A stretch of 64,000 nucleotides of DNA from Octopus vulgaris (taxonomy: Eukaryota), in the NCBI GenBank assembly GCA_951406725.2, contig OX597839.1, positions 20,708,001 to 20,772,000 on the forward strand, written 5' to 3'. The notes below the pieces were generated by a model. It made no database searches. It worked only from the letters and a program-made list of their open reading frames with translations, and was not told where the DNA came from. This document shows positions 12,754-27,892 of this stretch, piece by piece (the stretch's first letter is position 1; each line of letters begins with the position of its first letter). Made by a program: the position numbers and the translations under genes.

Positions 12754-12910
12754 GACGGGCTTCTTTCAGTTTCCGTCTACCAAATCCACTCACAAGGCTT
12801 TGGTCGGCCCGAGGCTATAGTAGAAGACACTTGCCCAAGGTGCCACGCAGTGGGACTGAACCCGGAACCATGTGGTTGGTAAACAAGCTACTTATCACAC
12901 AGCCACTCCT
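12485..12910 (-). mobile_element. Full-length family-A tRNA-derived SINE with internal microsatellite
   Basis: Reverse complement has a tRNA-like head (tggctgtgtg, ggttcagtccc), CORE-like accttgggcaagt, an internal (TA)/(CA) tract and a gtaaaagagt tail. Confidence 0.9.
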
Positions 12911-12974
12911 AAAACCAATAATTACACGTTTTTATTTATCTCCTTTAAATTTTACTAAGTATATTACTGGTACT

Positions 12975-13280
12975 CCATGGGTTATGACAACGAGGGTTCT
13001 TGTTGGTCCAACCAACGGAACAACCTGCTCGTGAAATTGACGGGTTGAGCACTCCGCGGACATGCGTCCCTTCAATGGAGTTTTCAGTGGGATTCAGCAT
13101 GACACAGAATGTGACAAGGCTGGCCCCTTTGAAATGCAGGTACAACTCATTTTTGCCAGCTGAGTTGAATGGAGCAACTGAAAATAGAGTGTCTTGCTCC
13201 AGGGCACAACGCGCGGTTGGGAATCGAACTCACGACTATACGACCGGGAGCCGAATACCCTAACCAGTAAGCCACGTGCC
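12975..13280 (-). mobile_element. Family-C tRNA/CORE-type SINE
   Basis: Head tggcttactggttagggtattcggctc...gagttcgattccc; homologous to 50395-50685. Confidence 0.85.
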
Positions 13281-13519
13281 TATTATTATATATACGTGTG
13301 TGGATCAAAAGTTAGATTAAAATTTGTTGGTACTCTTTGAGTTTCAAGCGTGATGCTAGTCAGCAACCATTTCGAATGTGATCAAACTCAAAGTAGTTGA
13401 TGATTAGCATCACTCTTGAAACTAAAGAGCACCAACGAATTTGCATCAAACTGTTTCCATCCATACATGTAACTCCCAGTAAATTCGTTAAGTGCCCTTC
13501 TTTCGTTTGTCCACTCACT

Positions 13520-13555
<36 letters not shown>

Positions 13556-13589
13556 CCCATTAAATGTATTCATTATGTTTTGAATATCG

Positions 13590-13951
13590 CTATATATATA
13601 AACGGGAAAATGTCTGCGTGCGTGTCCTTTATACAAATCCACAATTTTTCAGTTAGAGGGCTCGCACTTTCTATGGTCTTTCAAAACCGTCCAAGGGTGG
13701 TCGTGCACATCTTTACATTTCCCCAGTCACTCCGCAAAGCCGTTAAAAAATCAACAGAAGTTACTTTTTTGTGAATTTTCTATCCAAAACCCAATCAAAA
13801 TGCCCGAAACTTGATACGCCAATTGAATGCCAGCTGGCTGTATGTGACTGGTCGGAGATTTGGACAGTACTCGCGTGTATGTGCGCACGCACGCAGCTGT
13901 ATATGCATGCACTAGCAGTATGACCCGTCGTTGCTGGGTCATAGTGCTAGT
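13590..13951 (+). mobile_element. Non-autonomous Helitron-like element
   Basis: 5' ctatatatataaa; 3' hairpin tatgaccc-gtcgttgct-gggtcata followed by gtgCTAG|T. Confidence 0.6.
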
Positions 13952-14621
13952 TATATATATAAATTTCTTTGTACGTCCTTCCATGAAGATATTCTCGCAA
14001 ATAGATAGACAGACAGACAGACAGATAGATAAATAGATAGATATATAGATAGATAGGTACGACGGGCTTCTTTCAGTTTCCGTCAATCAAATCTACTCAC
14101 AAGGCTTTGGTCGGCCCGAAGCCATAGTGGAAGACACTTGCCCAAGGTGCCATGCAGTGGGACTGAACCCGGAACCATGTGGTTGAGAAGCAAGCTTCTT
14201 ACTTACTACTCACATCCACGATGAGAAATAACAAAATTATTCTAAAGTGAAATGAAAGATTGACAAATATAATGAACCAGTATCACGTATGGAAGACTAT
14301 AAGTGCTACAAAATGTTTCGGCAAAAAATACGCATAAGAATGGCTATACACATGCATGCACACACAAACACACGCACACATACTTTTTCATTCTCTCCTG
14401 ACCCCCACTTTCTCTCTCTCGCGCTCTCTCTCTTCTCTTCTCTTCTCTTCTCTCTCTTTCCCTCTTTGTATGCTCCTTTCTTTCTGACCGCTTCATAATG
14501 TAACAGGTGGCGACATCAAATTAGAGGAGCAAATATCTGTGTGAATGGGTTTTCTAAATCCAACGTATACTATACGCTTTCTGCAGTAATTTTGAATATA
14601 TGTGTGTGTATGTATGTGTGA

Positions 14622-14687
<66 letters not shown>

Positions 14688-14747
14688 CCATGACAGATCG
14701 TTAGCCACTACACACATTTTTTTCTCTCCTTGCTTTTTTTTGTGTCC

Positions 14748-14783
14748 CTTTCTGTAGAAGAGCATAGGCTCGAAACGTAAAAG
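14748..14783 (+). ncRNA. Minimal hammerhead-like motif in P1 copy 2
   Basis: cttt-CTGTAGA-A-gagc atag gctc-GAAA-C-GTA-aaag. Confidence 0.5.
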
Positions 14784-15481
14784 ACTTTTTCTATTCCTGA
14801 GCGTTATACTAATACATCTGCTTTTGTTTTGTACACCACCTGTCTTCATCTTTTGTATTTTTTCGCAAATTCTCCCTATATTTACAAATATATATGTATG
14901 TGTCTGTATACGACATATGCCAATGTTATAACGTCCTGTTTAAATATTAAGTGTGTAGCAGAATCGGTTGAGAATCTGACAAAATATTTTATGATATTTG
15001 GTTACTTCCATCCTTTAAATTCTGCGTTCAAATCCCGCCCAAGATGGTGTTACGTTACATCACCCTGAACTTGATAAAATACACTACATACAAAGCACTA
15101 AACACAGGTTAGTACGTACGTATGTCGTGTATATAGACATACAGTTGAAGGTGTATGTGTATATATATATATTCGCATATATATATATATAGATAGCTGT
15201 TGGGGTTGTGAGTATTTATCAAACTGGTATACTCCCTCTGTCAGTCCAAAAGTAGAGAAAAGAAAAGAAAAGAGAAATCTTTGAAAAGCTTGAAATTTGA
15301 ATCTAAAGAAACAGAAACAGAAATAACAGCGTAATCCTTTCACGATAATGGCACTGTAATATAAACACGATGTTAGCTCTGAGAGAGAAAGACACAGAGA
15401 TATGTGGGTGGATGGATGGATGGGTGGATAGATGGATAGAGAGATAGAGAGAGAGAGATGGTTAGATAGATAGATAGATAA

Positions 15482-15517
<36 letters not shown>

Positions 15518-15778
15518 GCAGATAGATAGATAGGAAGATAGATAGATAGAGAGAGAGAGAGAGATGGTTAGATAGATAGATAGATAGATAGATAGATGGG
15601 GGAAGGTTAGAACGTCTGTGGCGTTCCTAGTGACTCACATTTTGCATTAATGGTAACGCATGGCGGTTATACCATTCGTTACCAAGCAGAAGTGAATTAC
15701 ACCCAGGAAATAAGAACGGGAATGGCACTAACGATGTTGGCGACAACCACTGGCATTACTACCATCACACCTCACTAC

Positions 15779-15890
15779 CTCACATTCCTGTGTTTGTCCT
15801 TGAGAGTCGAAATTTCCCATAGTTCCACCGTAAAGGAAAACTGGATTTTAATGACGACGGTTGCTCTGTCGTAGTCCGAGAAAGACGGTT
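15779..15890 (-). CDS. Candidate internal exon (PSFSDYDRATVVIKIQFSFTVELWEISTLKDKHRNVR)
   Basis: Acceptor tcctctacag|. Donor AG|GTAGTG (phase 2, fits 10433) or AAT|GTGAGG at 15784 (phase 0, fits 10399). Confidence 0.4.
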
Positions 15891-16208
15891 CTGTAGAGGA
15901 TTTGTTCATAATGATCAAATGTACGAACTGTACATAAAGCTCACTCACTCCCTCAAATCAACGTTCTTTAAACGGATGCGCGGTGTACCCCACGTCAGGA
16001 GTCAAAGTGATCGGAGGGCAACGCGAGATGAAGTGGTTTGCTCAATAACACGACGCAAGGAATTGAAACCGCGATCTCGCGTTCGTATGTGTAACAGCCT
16101 AACCACCAGGCCATGCACTCTCACCTGGAAAGCTAAATTCAATCTTAAACGACATATTAATTTGGGCAGTATAAAGTACGATGGATACATCTCTTTTACT
16201 CGTTTCAG

Positions 16209-16257
<49 letters not shown>

Positions 16258-16718
16258 GTCTAGTGAATGTTTTAAAAAAAAGATGGATGAATGTAGCAAG
16301 GGTGGCACGTATGAATGACGAAGCCACCTTGACTATGATTCTATGAACCGTAAAAATTAATACAGAGAGTTGCTTATTTGCAAAAAAAAAAAGAAATATA
16401 ACATATGACTTCATTGACCGAGGTTACCGTGGTCTTTTCCGTAGGCTTTTCTTTCCACGGGTAAACCTCACCTGTCCACCCCTTTACACTTCATATTGAC
16501 ATTTCTGTGATAACGATCCCTATTGATCAAAATTTTTTTTCCTTCCCCCCACTTTTTTTAAAATTATATCCCCCCCTTATTTTGTCCGCTTTCTTTCCAT
16601 TTACGATCCCTTTTGATCGAAAACCAAACCCCTTTTTTTTACTCCCAAAAGAAAAGCTCTACCTTGTAATTTGTCCTGTCTGTGTGCAGCCCTGTGTGGC
16701 TAATAAAGAAACATATCT
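16258..16718 (+). mobile_element. 3' end of an L1/Tx1-like LINE inserted in (TCTA)n
   Basis: ORF2-like C-terminal remnant (CFKK..RWMNVARVAR...), pyrimidine-rich 3' UTR ending ctaataaagaaacatatct; second copy at 22645-22950. Confidence 0.65.
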
Positions 16719-16720
16719 CA

Positions 16721-16794
<74 letters not shown>

Positions 16795-16903
16795 GTCTGT
16801 CTATGTATCTATCTCTATGTTTCTATCTATCTACCTACCTATCTATACATATATACATACATACATACATACATACATACATACATACATACATACACAC
16901 ACA

Positions 16904-16961
<58 letters not shown>

Positions 16962-17036
16962 TACATACATATAAAATTACCGGCCTTTTTGTTAGTGAAG
17001 TAATGTTTGTGGTTTGATTTTTACTTCTATAGGCAA

Positions 17037-17110
<74 letters not shown>

Positions 17111-17111
<1 letters not shown>

Positions 17112-17148
17112 ATTTCTGGCTCCTTAGCCTTCGTCAGTTGAGGACACC
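17111..17148 (-). ncRNA. Truncated hammerhead-like remnant
   Basis: Reverse complement caa-CTGACGA-a-ggct aagg agcc-a-GAAA-tg, then cut off by (GATA)n; no cleavage triplet or 3' stem I strand. Confidence 0.45.
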
Positions 17149-17280
17149 AAAGATAGAGAGTTAGAGATAGAGAGGAGAGAGACAAAATGGGAGAACGTTA
17201 CGCTTAGCTTACATGATATGTTTTACACGTGTGACTCTCTTTTGTATATTGTATGTCTGTGTGTATATATATATATGTAT

Positions 17281-18944
<1,664 letters not shown>

Positions 18945-19282
18945 GTGAGACAATGAAGAAGAAAAAGAATATAAAGAAAGGAATGAGCATTAAAAAAATT
19001 TTTTTTTTTTGTAATGATAGAAGGCGGAGGATATTGAAGCTTAAGTAGATTAATTTAAACTGTCTGTTCTAATCTGGATTAACGAATGAAGACAAAAGAC
19101 AAAGGAGCTGTTAGTTTTTGTTGTAGAATGAAATGTTGACGACAAATTGGTGAAATAACAAACAATTTCGTCACACCGATATCAAGTTAGATCTGTATCT
19201 TGAGGGAAGGTTTTTTTTTTCGCAGCTAGTCGGTTGGTTGGTCGGCTGGTTGGGTTGTCGTTTGTGATGGTGTTGGTGGTTT

Positions 19283-20078
19283 GTTTGTTTGTTTGTTGAG
19301 CTAAGCGGTCTTCGTCCCTGTAGTGGGAGAAGTCCCGCAACGTGGTCCTTTGCTATTCGTAAGACCCGCAGAAGAGAAAGCAGGTAAAACCCCCCCGACA
19401 CCGAGAGCATCAACGGATGGATGAATGCGCATCCAGGCTCAGCGGGTGCGCAGGAGGTCGGGGACAAGAAACAGGAAGAAAGAGTGAGAGAAAGTTGGAG
19501 CGAAAGAGTACAACAGGGGTCGCCACCACCTCCGGAGCCGGAGCTTTGTTTTCGCTATTCGTAAGACCCGCAGAAGAGAAAGCAGGTAAAACCCCCCCGA
19601 CACCGAGAGCATCAACGGATGGATGAATGCGCATCCAGGCTCAGCGGGTGCGCAGGAGGTCGGGGACAAGAAACAGGAAGAAAGAGTAAGAGAAAGTTGG
19701 AGCGAAAGAGTACAACAGGGGTCGCCACCACCTCTACCGGAGCCTCGTGGAGCTTTAGGTGTTTTCGTGGTCCTTTGCTATTCGTAAGACCCGCAGAAGA
19801 GAAAGCAGGTCAACCCCCCGACACCGAGAGCATCGACGGATGGATGAATGCGCATCCAAGCTCAGCGGGTGCGTAGGAAGTCGGGGACAAGAAACAGGAA
19901 GAAAGAGTGAGAGAAAGTTGGAGCGAAAGAGTACAACAGGGGTCGCCACCACCTCTGCCGGAGCCTCGTGGAGCTTTAGGTGTTTTCGTGGTCCTTTGCT
20001 ATTCGTAAGACCCGCAGAAGAGAAAGCAGGTCAACCCCCAACACTGAGAGCATCGACGGATGGATGAATGCGCATCCA
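19283..20078 (-). repeat. Tandem array (~3.4 x 202-223 bp) of a headless family-D SINE body ending in an (AAAC)n tail
   Basis: gctattcgtaagacccg at 19352, 19554, 19777 and 19998; half of the unit is the reverse complement of the body of the SINE at 55516. Confidence 0.9.
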
Positions 20079-20086
20079 TAGGTAGG

Positions 20087-20140
<54 letters not shown>

Positions 20141-20171
20141 TCAAACAAACATGCACATACAAATACTTATA

Positions 20172-20331
20172 TACGAGGGTTGCTAAAATGTTCAGGGCTT
20201 AGAAAAACTGAAGGACTGTTGCAATAAGTGTGTGAATCTGAGACAGGAATATGTTGAATAAAATCATAATTAACTGATCCTCCTGTGTTTTCTTCTACCC
20301 AAAGCCAGGAACTTTTAAGTACCTCCTCGTA
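20172..20331 (+). mobile_element. Internally deleted mariner (MITE)
   Basis: TA-flanked imperfect TIRs tacgagggttgctaaaatgttcagggctt / aagccaggaacttttaagtacctcctcgta; retains the transposase end KCVNLRQEYVE*. Confidence 0.8.
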
Positions 20332-20338
20332 TGTGTGT

Positions 20339-20369
<31 letters not shown>

Positions 20370-20542
20370 ATAAAAAGAAAAGTGTGTAGCTCTAAACATC
20401 GATACACGCGCAGTCAACAATGTCGTTTTAATTCAAATGCGAGTTCATTACATTGCTTATTAGGAAAAAATTACGTAAATTGGGATTCTTGATACGTCCA
20501 CCATCTTATCAGATCATATATTTCACCGACCATTTTGGCAAA

Positions 20543-20821
<279 letters not shown>

Positions 20822-21046
20822 TGTACGAACTTCAACGATGTTTTCTTCATAGATGCAAGAATTGTAATCATTTACAAATTTTGATTTGCAAATCACAATT
20901 TTTCCTTTGTATTTGCATTCATTTACATATCTTAGCATCTTCGCCACGTTAATACATGTCTAACATAATACATTACTAATATAAATGGACGCCGTCAACA
21001 AAACCGCTTGTAATATCTTCCATTTTTATGAGAGACAGCTGGGAGG

Positions 21047-21093
<47 letters not shown>

Positions 21094-21796
21094 GCTGCTA
21101 CATATACTCAACTTTAATGATCCTCAGTTTTAAAAACTTGCAGGGTGTGTGTATGTGTCTGTTAAGCAATAAACGGACGAACGAATGGATTTTAAATTTT
21201 CCGTCATGTGTCCTGGACGTTGGTGTGTCTTCTGATTTATGAATCCTGGACGTATTTGTTTGTATGTATACACACAGAGACACACGTATACATATTTATA
21301 TATATATATATATATATACATATATATATACATATATATATACATATATATATACATATGCATATACATACATACATACAAACATATATATATATATATA
21401 TATACATACATATGCATACATACATAGTCGTACATACATACATTCATATGTGCATACATATATATACATGCCATACATATATATATATATATATATACAC
21501 ATATGCATGCATACATACATACATACATGCATACATATATACGTACATGCATACATATATACATACATATATGCATACATACATAGTCGTAGATACATTC
21601 ATATATGCATACATATATACATGCCTTACATATATATATATACATATATGCATACATACATACATACATACATACATACATACATACGTACGTACGTACG
21701 TACATACATACATACATACGTACGTACGTACGTACATACATACATACATACATACGTACGTACGTACGTACGTACGTACATACATACATACATACA

Positions 21797-21830
<34 letters not shown>

Positions 21831-21912
21831 CATACATACATACATACATACATACATACATACATACATACATACATACATACATACATACATACATACG
21901 GACAGACAGACA

Positions 21913-21948
<36 letters not shown>

Positions 21949-22644
21949 AAGTGAGAAAAAGGGAGAGAGATTCAAATGCCCCTTCGATATTTCAGATTTC
22001 TGACCTTTTACCAATATCAGAATTCAATGTTGCTTTGTCATTTTTATTGCTAATTTATTTGTATGTTGTTTATTATTTTTCTTTATCATTCCTGGTTGTT
22101 TGTTTGTTTGTTTTTTGTTTTTTTCTTTGTTTTTTTTTTTCGTTTTCGATTCAAATCTAACCTGCGAAAACTTCTCAATATATTCAAAAAAAAAAAAAAA
22201 AAAAGGAATAAAAATTTATTTATTTCTATATAATTTCGACATCGGTAAAATAATAGATTATTTACGATATTGAGAATACAATATAATCGATTGGCTGATC
22301 ATTCCTGGTGATAATAATAATGGCGGTGGTGGTGGTGGTGGTGATGGTGGTGGTGGTGATGGTGGTGGTGGTGATGGTGGTGGTGATGATGGTGGTGGTG
22401 GTGGTGATGATGGTGGTGGTGGTGATGATGGTGGTGGTGGTGGTGATGGTGGTGGTGGTGGTGGTGGTGGTGGTGGTGGTGGTGGTGGTGGTGGTGGTGG
22501 TGGTGGTGGTGGTGGTGGTGGTGATGGTGGTCGCAGTCGTCGTCATCATGACGATGGTGATGGCGATAGTGTTGGTGATAGTGACAGTGATGGTGATGAT
22601 GTTGGTAATGGTTATGATAGCGATGATGATGATGATGGTGTTGA

Positions 22645-22950
22645 AGATATGTTTCTTTATTAGCCACACAGGGCTGCACACAGATAGAACAAATTACGAG
22701 GTAGAGCTTTTCTTTTGAGGTTAAAAAAAAGAAGAAAAAAAAAGAAATATAAAATGTGACTTCATTGACCGAGGTGACCGTGGTCTTTTCCGTAGGCTTT
22801 TCTTTCCACGGGTAAACCTCACCTGTCCTCCCCTTTACACTTCATATTGACATTTCTGTGATAACGATCCCTATTGATCAATTTTTTTTCCTCTCCCCTT
22901 TTTTTTTTTAACCCCCCTCTTTTTTTTGTCCTCTTTCTCTCCTTTTACGA
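22645..22950 (-). mobile_element. L1/Tx1-like 3' UTR insertion with an inverted 5' segment and a 16-bp TSD
   Basis: 22645-22720 is the reverse complement of the 3' end of the 16258 copy; ~22740-22950 is its upstream part in the opposite orientation; gatggtgttgaagata at 22634-22649 and 22949-22964. Confidence 0.85.
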
Positions 22951-23069
22951 TGGTGTTGAAGATAATGGTGTTGATGATGATGGTGTTGATGATGATCATC
23001 ATCAAAAGGGACGGATAATGTTTGCATGAAATTTCTCTAGGGTGGGGAGTGGGTGAGCGAACGATAATT

Positions 23070-23203
23070 CAAACCCAGGACTTACTTTATATATCATTTT
23101 TTAAGCCGAGTATTTATTCTATCGGTCCCTTTTGCCGAACTGCTAAGTGACGGGGATGTAAACACACCAACACTGGTTGTCAAGTAGTGATGGAGGAGCA
23201 CAG

Positions 23204-23234
<31 letters not shown>

Positions 23235-23570
23235 CGACGGGTTTCTTTCAGTTTCCATCCACCAAATCCACTCACAAAGCTTTGGTCGGCCCGAGATTAT
23301 AAAAAAAAAAACTTGCCCAAGGTGCCACACAGTGGAACTGAACCCGGAACCATGTGGTTCGGAAGCAAGCTTCTTACCACGCAGCCACATGTGTATGTAT
23401 GTGTGTGTGTAGAGTGGGGCTCTTTCAGTTTCTGTCTATCATTTTCACTCACAAAACACTGGTCGACCCGAGGCCATAGTAGAAGACAATTACCCTAGGT
23501 GCCACACAGGGGAACTGAACCCGGAACCATGTCGTTGCAAAGCAAACATTTTAGCCACTTAGTCATGCTT
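23070..23570 (-). mobile_element. Family-A SINE followed by a second diverged head segment
   Basis: ttctttcagtttc...gaacccggaaccatg appears twice (about 23200-23390 and 23417-23570). Confidence 0.8.
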
Positions 23571-25025
23571 GTCTTTATCCAGCGTGTCCTTTTTTCTAAA
23601 GTAGCCATTAGGGTTTGACTTCAGGTTAGATTCGGTTGTTATTTCTAGCATGGCCAACGACTACGTGAAGGCTTCTTCGTTAGGTTGACAAGGAAATAAT
23701 TGTGTTGTATTTGTGGAGTTCGTGGTGCGTCGTACAATGTGTAAAAGCAGTGTTGGTTTATTGTTAGGGTTAAAGGTCAGTTTTATTGCAGACAGCATAA
23801 AATTGCATGTCGAGTCTAGTTATGGTGTGACTCTTGTTGTAAATATGGTTGTGTGTGTGTGTGCGTATGAATAATATATGTGCGTATATGCACGTATGTG
23901 TGTACATGTGTATGTGTGTGTGCGTGTGTATATATATATATATGTATATGTACATATATATGTATATATGTATATGTGTATATGTATATGTATATGCATA
24001 TATGTATATGTATATGTATAAATATATATATATATGTTTGCATATATGTATATATATATGTGTGTATATATATATGTGTAATATATATATATATATATGT
24101 GTGTATATATATGTGTGTATATATATATGTGTGTATATATATATGTGTGTATATATATGTGTGTATATATATGTGTGTATATATATATGTGTGTATATAT
24201 ATATGTGTGTATATATATATGTGTGTATATATATGTATGTATATATATATATATGTGTGTGTATATATATGTGTGTATATATATATATGTTTATATATAT
24301 ATGTGTGTGTGTGTGTATATATATGTGTGTATATATATATGTGTGTATATATATGTGTGTGTGTGTATATATATGTGTGTGTGTGTGTGTGTATATATAT
24401 GTGTATATATATATATGTATATATATATATGTGTGTGTGTGTGTATATATATGTGTGTGTGTATATATGTGTATATATATATATATGTGCGTGTGTGTGT
24501 ATGCATATGTGTGTGTGTAAGTATAATCATGTATAATTGTGTCTGTGTGAGAGAGAGAGAGAGAGAGAGAGAGTTAGGGAGAACTTGCATATGTGCATGT
24601 TTGTATTGTAAAGCCGGATAATTTAAGGCCGAAGATAATAAGTTCAGTTGGTACGGAATTAAAGGTCGGAATTAAATCCGCAGCCAGGAACCCATTAAGA
24701 TGGCTTGATTAACCAACCTCCGCATATATTGGTCATGAATACTAAATTAGTGCACGCCAGAAAGGTATTTCTTTAGCCATAGCATTCACCTCATTCTCTC
24801 CTTCATTCACCTCATTCTTTCCTTCATTCACCTCATTCTTCCGTTTATTTTACTTCGTTATTAGGTCAAGAGAGATATTTATTAATAAGCTCTTTCTCTG
24901 ATTTGCCTCAATTCTTCCTTCACATCATTTCTTTGTTCACCTCTTTCCTTCATTCGCCTCTTTCCTTCATTCGCCTCCGTTATTCATTCACCATTCACCT
25001 GATTCTGTTATTCACCTCTTTCCTG

Positions 25026-25063
<38 letters not shown>

Positions 25064-25216
25064 CATTGACCTCTGTCATTCATTAAACTCATTCACTTGT
25101 TTGCATCATTCATTCATTCACTCACCTCATTCCTTCTTTCAACTCTATCATTCATTAACTTTAATCCTCTGTTCTACTCAGTATTTCATTCACTTTCGTC
25201 ATTCACTTCGTTCCTG

Positions 25217-25249
<33 letters not shown>

Positions 25250-25253
<4 letters not shown>

Positions 25254-25584
25254 ATAAATATTAGGAATGAATCCAAAATTACAGGGAAAAATCAGATTTA
25301 GGTTAAATCCAATTTATAGTAAAATATTATATAATATAATTCGATACTATTTTAAAACCAAACAAGGAAAGACTTAATCAATACATAAAATTTTAATATA
25401 AATTAAATAAACCGCCACTACAAATGTTTCATGTCTGCTCCGACAATCTTCAGGTGGATTTTCGATCTTCTAATCAGTATCAAATTTTGTAGTGGCATTT
25501 AATTTATATTAAAATTTTATGTATTGATTAAGTCTTTCCTTGTTTGGTTTTAAAATAGTGGTTTTGTCTCGAATTATATTATAT
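25250..25584 (-). mobile_element. Fold-back Penelope-like remnant with a hammerhead at the hairpin centre
   Basis: Inverted arms 25329-25424 and 25486-25584 (63-bp perfect core 25346-25408 / 25497-25559), flanked by (TA)n; related remnants at about 37070-37340. Confidence 0.75.
25415..25457 (-). ncRNA. Minimal type-I hammerhead ribozyme motif
   Basis: Reverse complement ccac-CTGAAGA-t tgtc ggagca gaca t-GAAA-catttg-TA-gtgg: stem I ccac/gtgg, 4-bp stem II with a U.U closing pair, GUA site. Confidence 0.7.
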
Positions 25585-25625
25585 ATATATATACACATAT
25601 ATGCACACACATATATACACACACA

Positions 25626-25699
<74 letters not shown>

Positions 25700-25805
25700 T
25701 ATATGCACATATATATATACACATATTTGAACTCAGAACGTAGCGGCAGACGAAATACTGGTAACTATTTCGTCAAGCGCGCTAACGATTCTGCCAACTT
25801 ACTAA

Positions 25806-26500
25806 TCTAACTACCTATATAAAAGAGGGAAAAAACTTGCACACTTCGGCTTTGGTAAGGATTCAATGGCACAAGACGTGTTAAGATCGAGCTGAAAATT
25901 TACACACCTATAGAAGGTGTGGTGTAGTTACGGCCTGAGTAGGTTTCAAGTCTCTATGTCGATAACAAAGGCTCGAAACAATGCATTTTCTGCGAGTGAG
26001 TGGATGTCATACGCTATTGCCTTGAGTTGTGTTCACGCAACATGTTGGATTTTACGCGTGACTGTGCGCGTGTTTGCGCGAATGCAACGGAAAAATGGGG
26101 CGAAAACACGTTCAATTTTTGAGTTTTTCGAAAAACAAAGCATGAGCATATACGTAGAAAAATTTCCTGAATCGATTGGAGCAAGTTTGAATTCTCTAGC
26201 TTGAAAAATGCAAATTCTAGCAGTTTTGAGTGTACCTTCCGTAGAAGAAAAAATTCAAATCGAACCATGTTAACACCAAAAATTATTTACATCAAAAAGG
26301 TGCTTTTTTACTATGAAAATCCTTATTTTTTACGATTTATTGACTGCTGTGTCGCCATTTTTCGGTGTATTTCAATCAGAAAAATGTTCAGTTAAAGAGA
26401 ATAACAAGCTACATAATGCAAAATTTTTACTTTTCAAAAATTCCAATTCTAAAGGGTCGAAAAGAAAACAAACCCGAGCAACGCCGGGCAATACTGCTAG
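25806..26500 (+). mobile_element. Non-autonomous Helitron
   Basis: 5' TC(taactacctatataaaag); 3' hairpin cccgagcaacgccggg, then caatactgCTAG; inserted between A and T with no TSD. Confidence 0.8.
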
Positions 26501-27339
26501 TAATAATAATAATAATAATAATCTAAAGAACCTTGAAACTTATATCTTCTATTCTTTGACTCTTTTGCACAAATACCCCCTATCCCCCCTCCTCTCTCTC
26601 TCCCCCTCGCTCCCCCTCTCTCTCTTGTGTGTGATTTTTTTTTTTTTTAGAGTTTTCTTCTATTTTTGAAATCTTTATTTTGGAATCCTGTTTTCTTCTC
26701 CATCTCTTTTTACCGTTCCTCGTCTGTGAGTATCTTCTCCTCTTCCTCTTTCTCGCATCCGATACTGAACCCTTGCTCTCCTCTCATTCTCAGCATTCAA
26801 CTTTCTCTCCTCCTCCTCCTCTTCCCCTCTCCCTCTCTCCACCACACCGCTCTTCCTCCCTCTACCTTAATCTTCATTACTTTTTACTCTCCCCTACGCC
26901 TTACTCTCCCTAAATACCACAAACCTGCAATTGTTGACCCCCTCTCCCTATTTTCCTTCCTACCTCACACTTCTACTCCTTACCCCCGAGCCATACAGCG
27001 TTTTCATTATGCCCCTTTGCCACTTTAATATTCCGAAAGTTCCTTTCCCTCTCCTATCCTCCCTCTCTCTTTCTCTCTCTCTCTCTCAATACCACTTACT
27101 TGACTTCACTCTCGCTCTCCCTCCTCTGTGCCTCCCCATCCCTCTTTTTCTCACATCTCTCTTCTCTCTCTCTCTCTCTCGTTCCTCATCTATCTATCGT
27201 TCTCTGTCAATCGATGTATCTATCTGTGAAAGTCTTCCTCCACTTCCACTCTTTCTCTCTTATTTTACTCTCCCCCTTCTCCCTATCTGTCTCTCTATAT
27301 TTCTCTCTCTCTCTATCTGTCTATCTATCGATCGATCTG

Positions 27340-27370
<31 letters not shown>

Positions 27371-27466
27371 GTTTGTCTGTCTATCTATCTATCTATCGAT
27401 CGGTCTGTCTGTCTATATGTCTGTCTGTCTATATCAATCTATCTGTCTGTATCTATCTATCTATCA

Positions 27467-27542
<76 letters not shown>

Positions 27543-27691
27543 GTCTGTCTATCTATCTATCTATCTATCTGTCTATCTGTCTGTCCGTCCGTCCGTCCGT
27601 CCGTCCGTCCGTCTGTCTATCTATCTATCTATCTAACTTTCTGTGTAACTATCTATCTATCTATCTATCTGTCTATCTATCTATCTATCTA

Positions 27692-27729
<38 letters not shown>

Positions 27730-27849
27730 CGTCTGTCTATCTATCCATCCATTTATTTATCTCTGCTATTCACATCAATCTGTAAGTCTGTCTTCCAAAT
27801 TGTCCCATTCGATCCCACACATTTGGTCCGCACACACACACACACACTG

Positions 27850-27892
<43 letters not shown>

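Noticed and set aside
19342-20078. CRISPR array or hammerhead retrozyme
   Set aside because: No unique spacers, a eukaryotic context, and no CUGANGA/GAAA core found on either strand.
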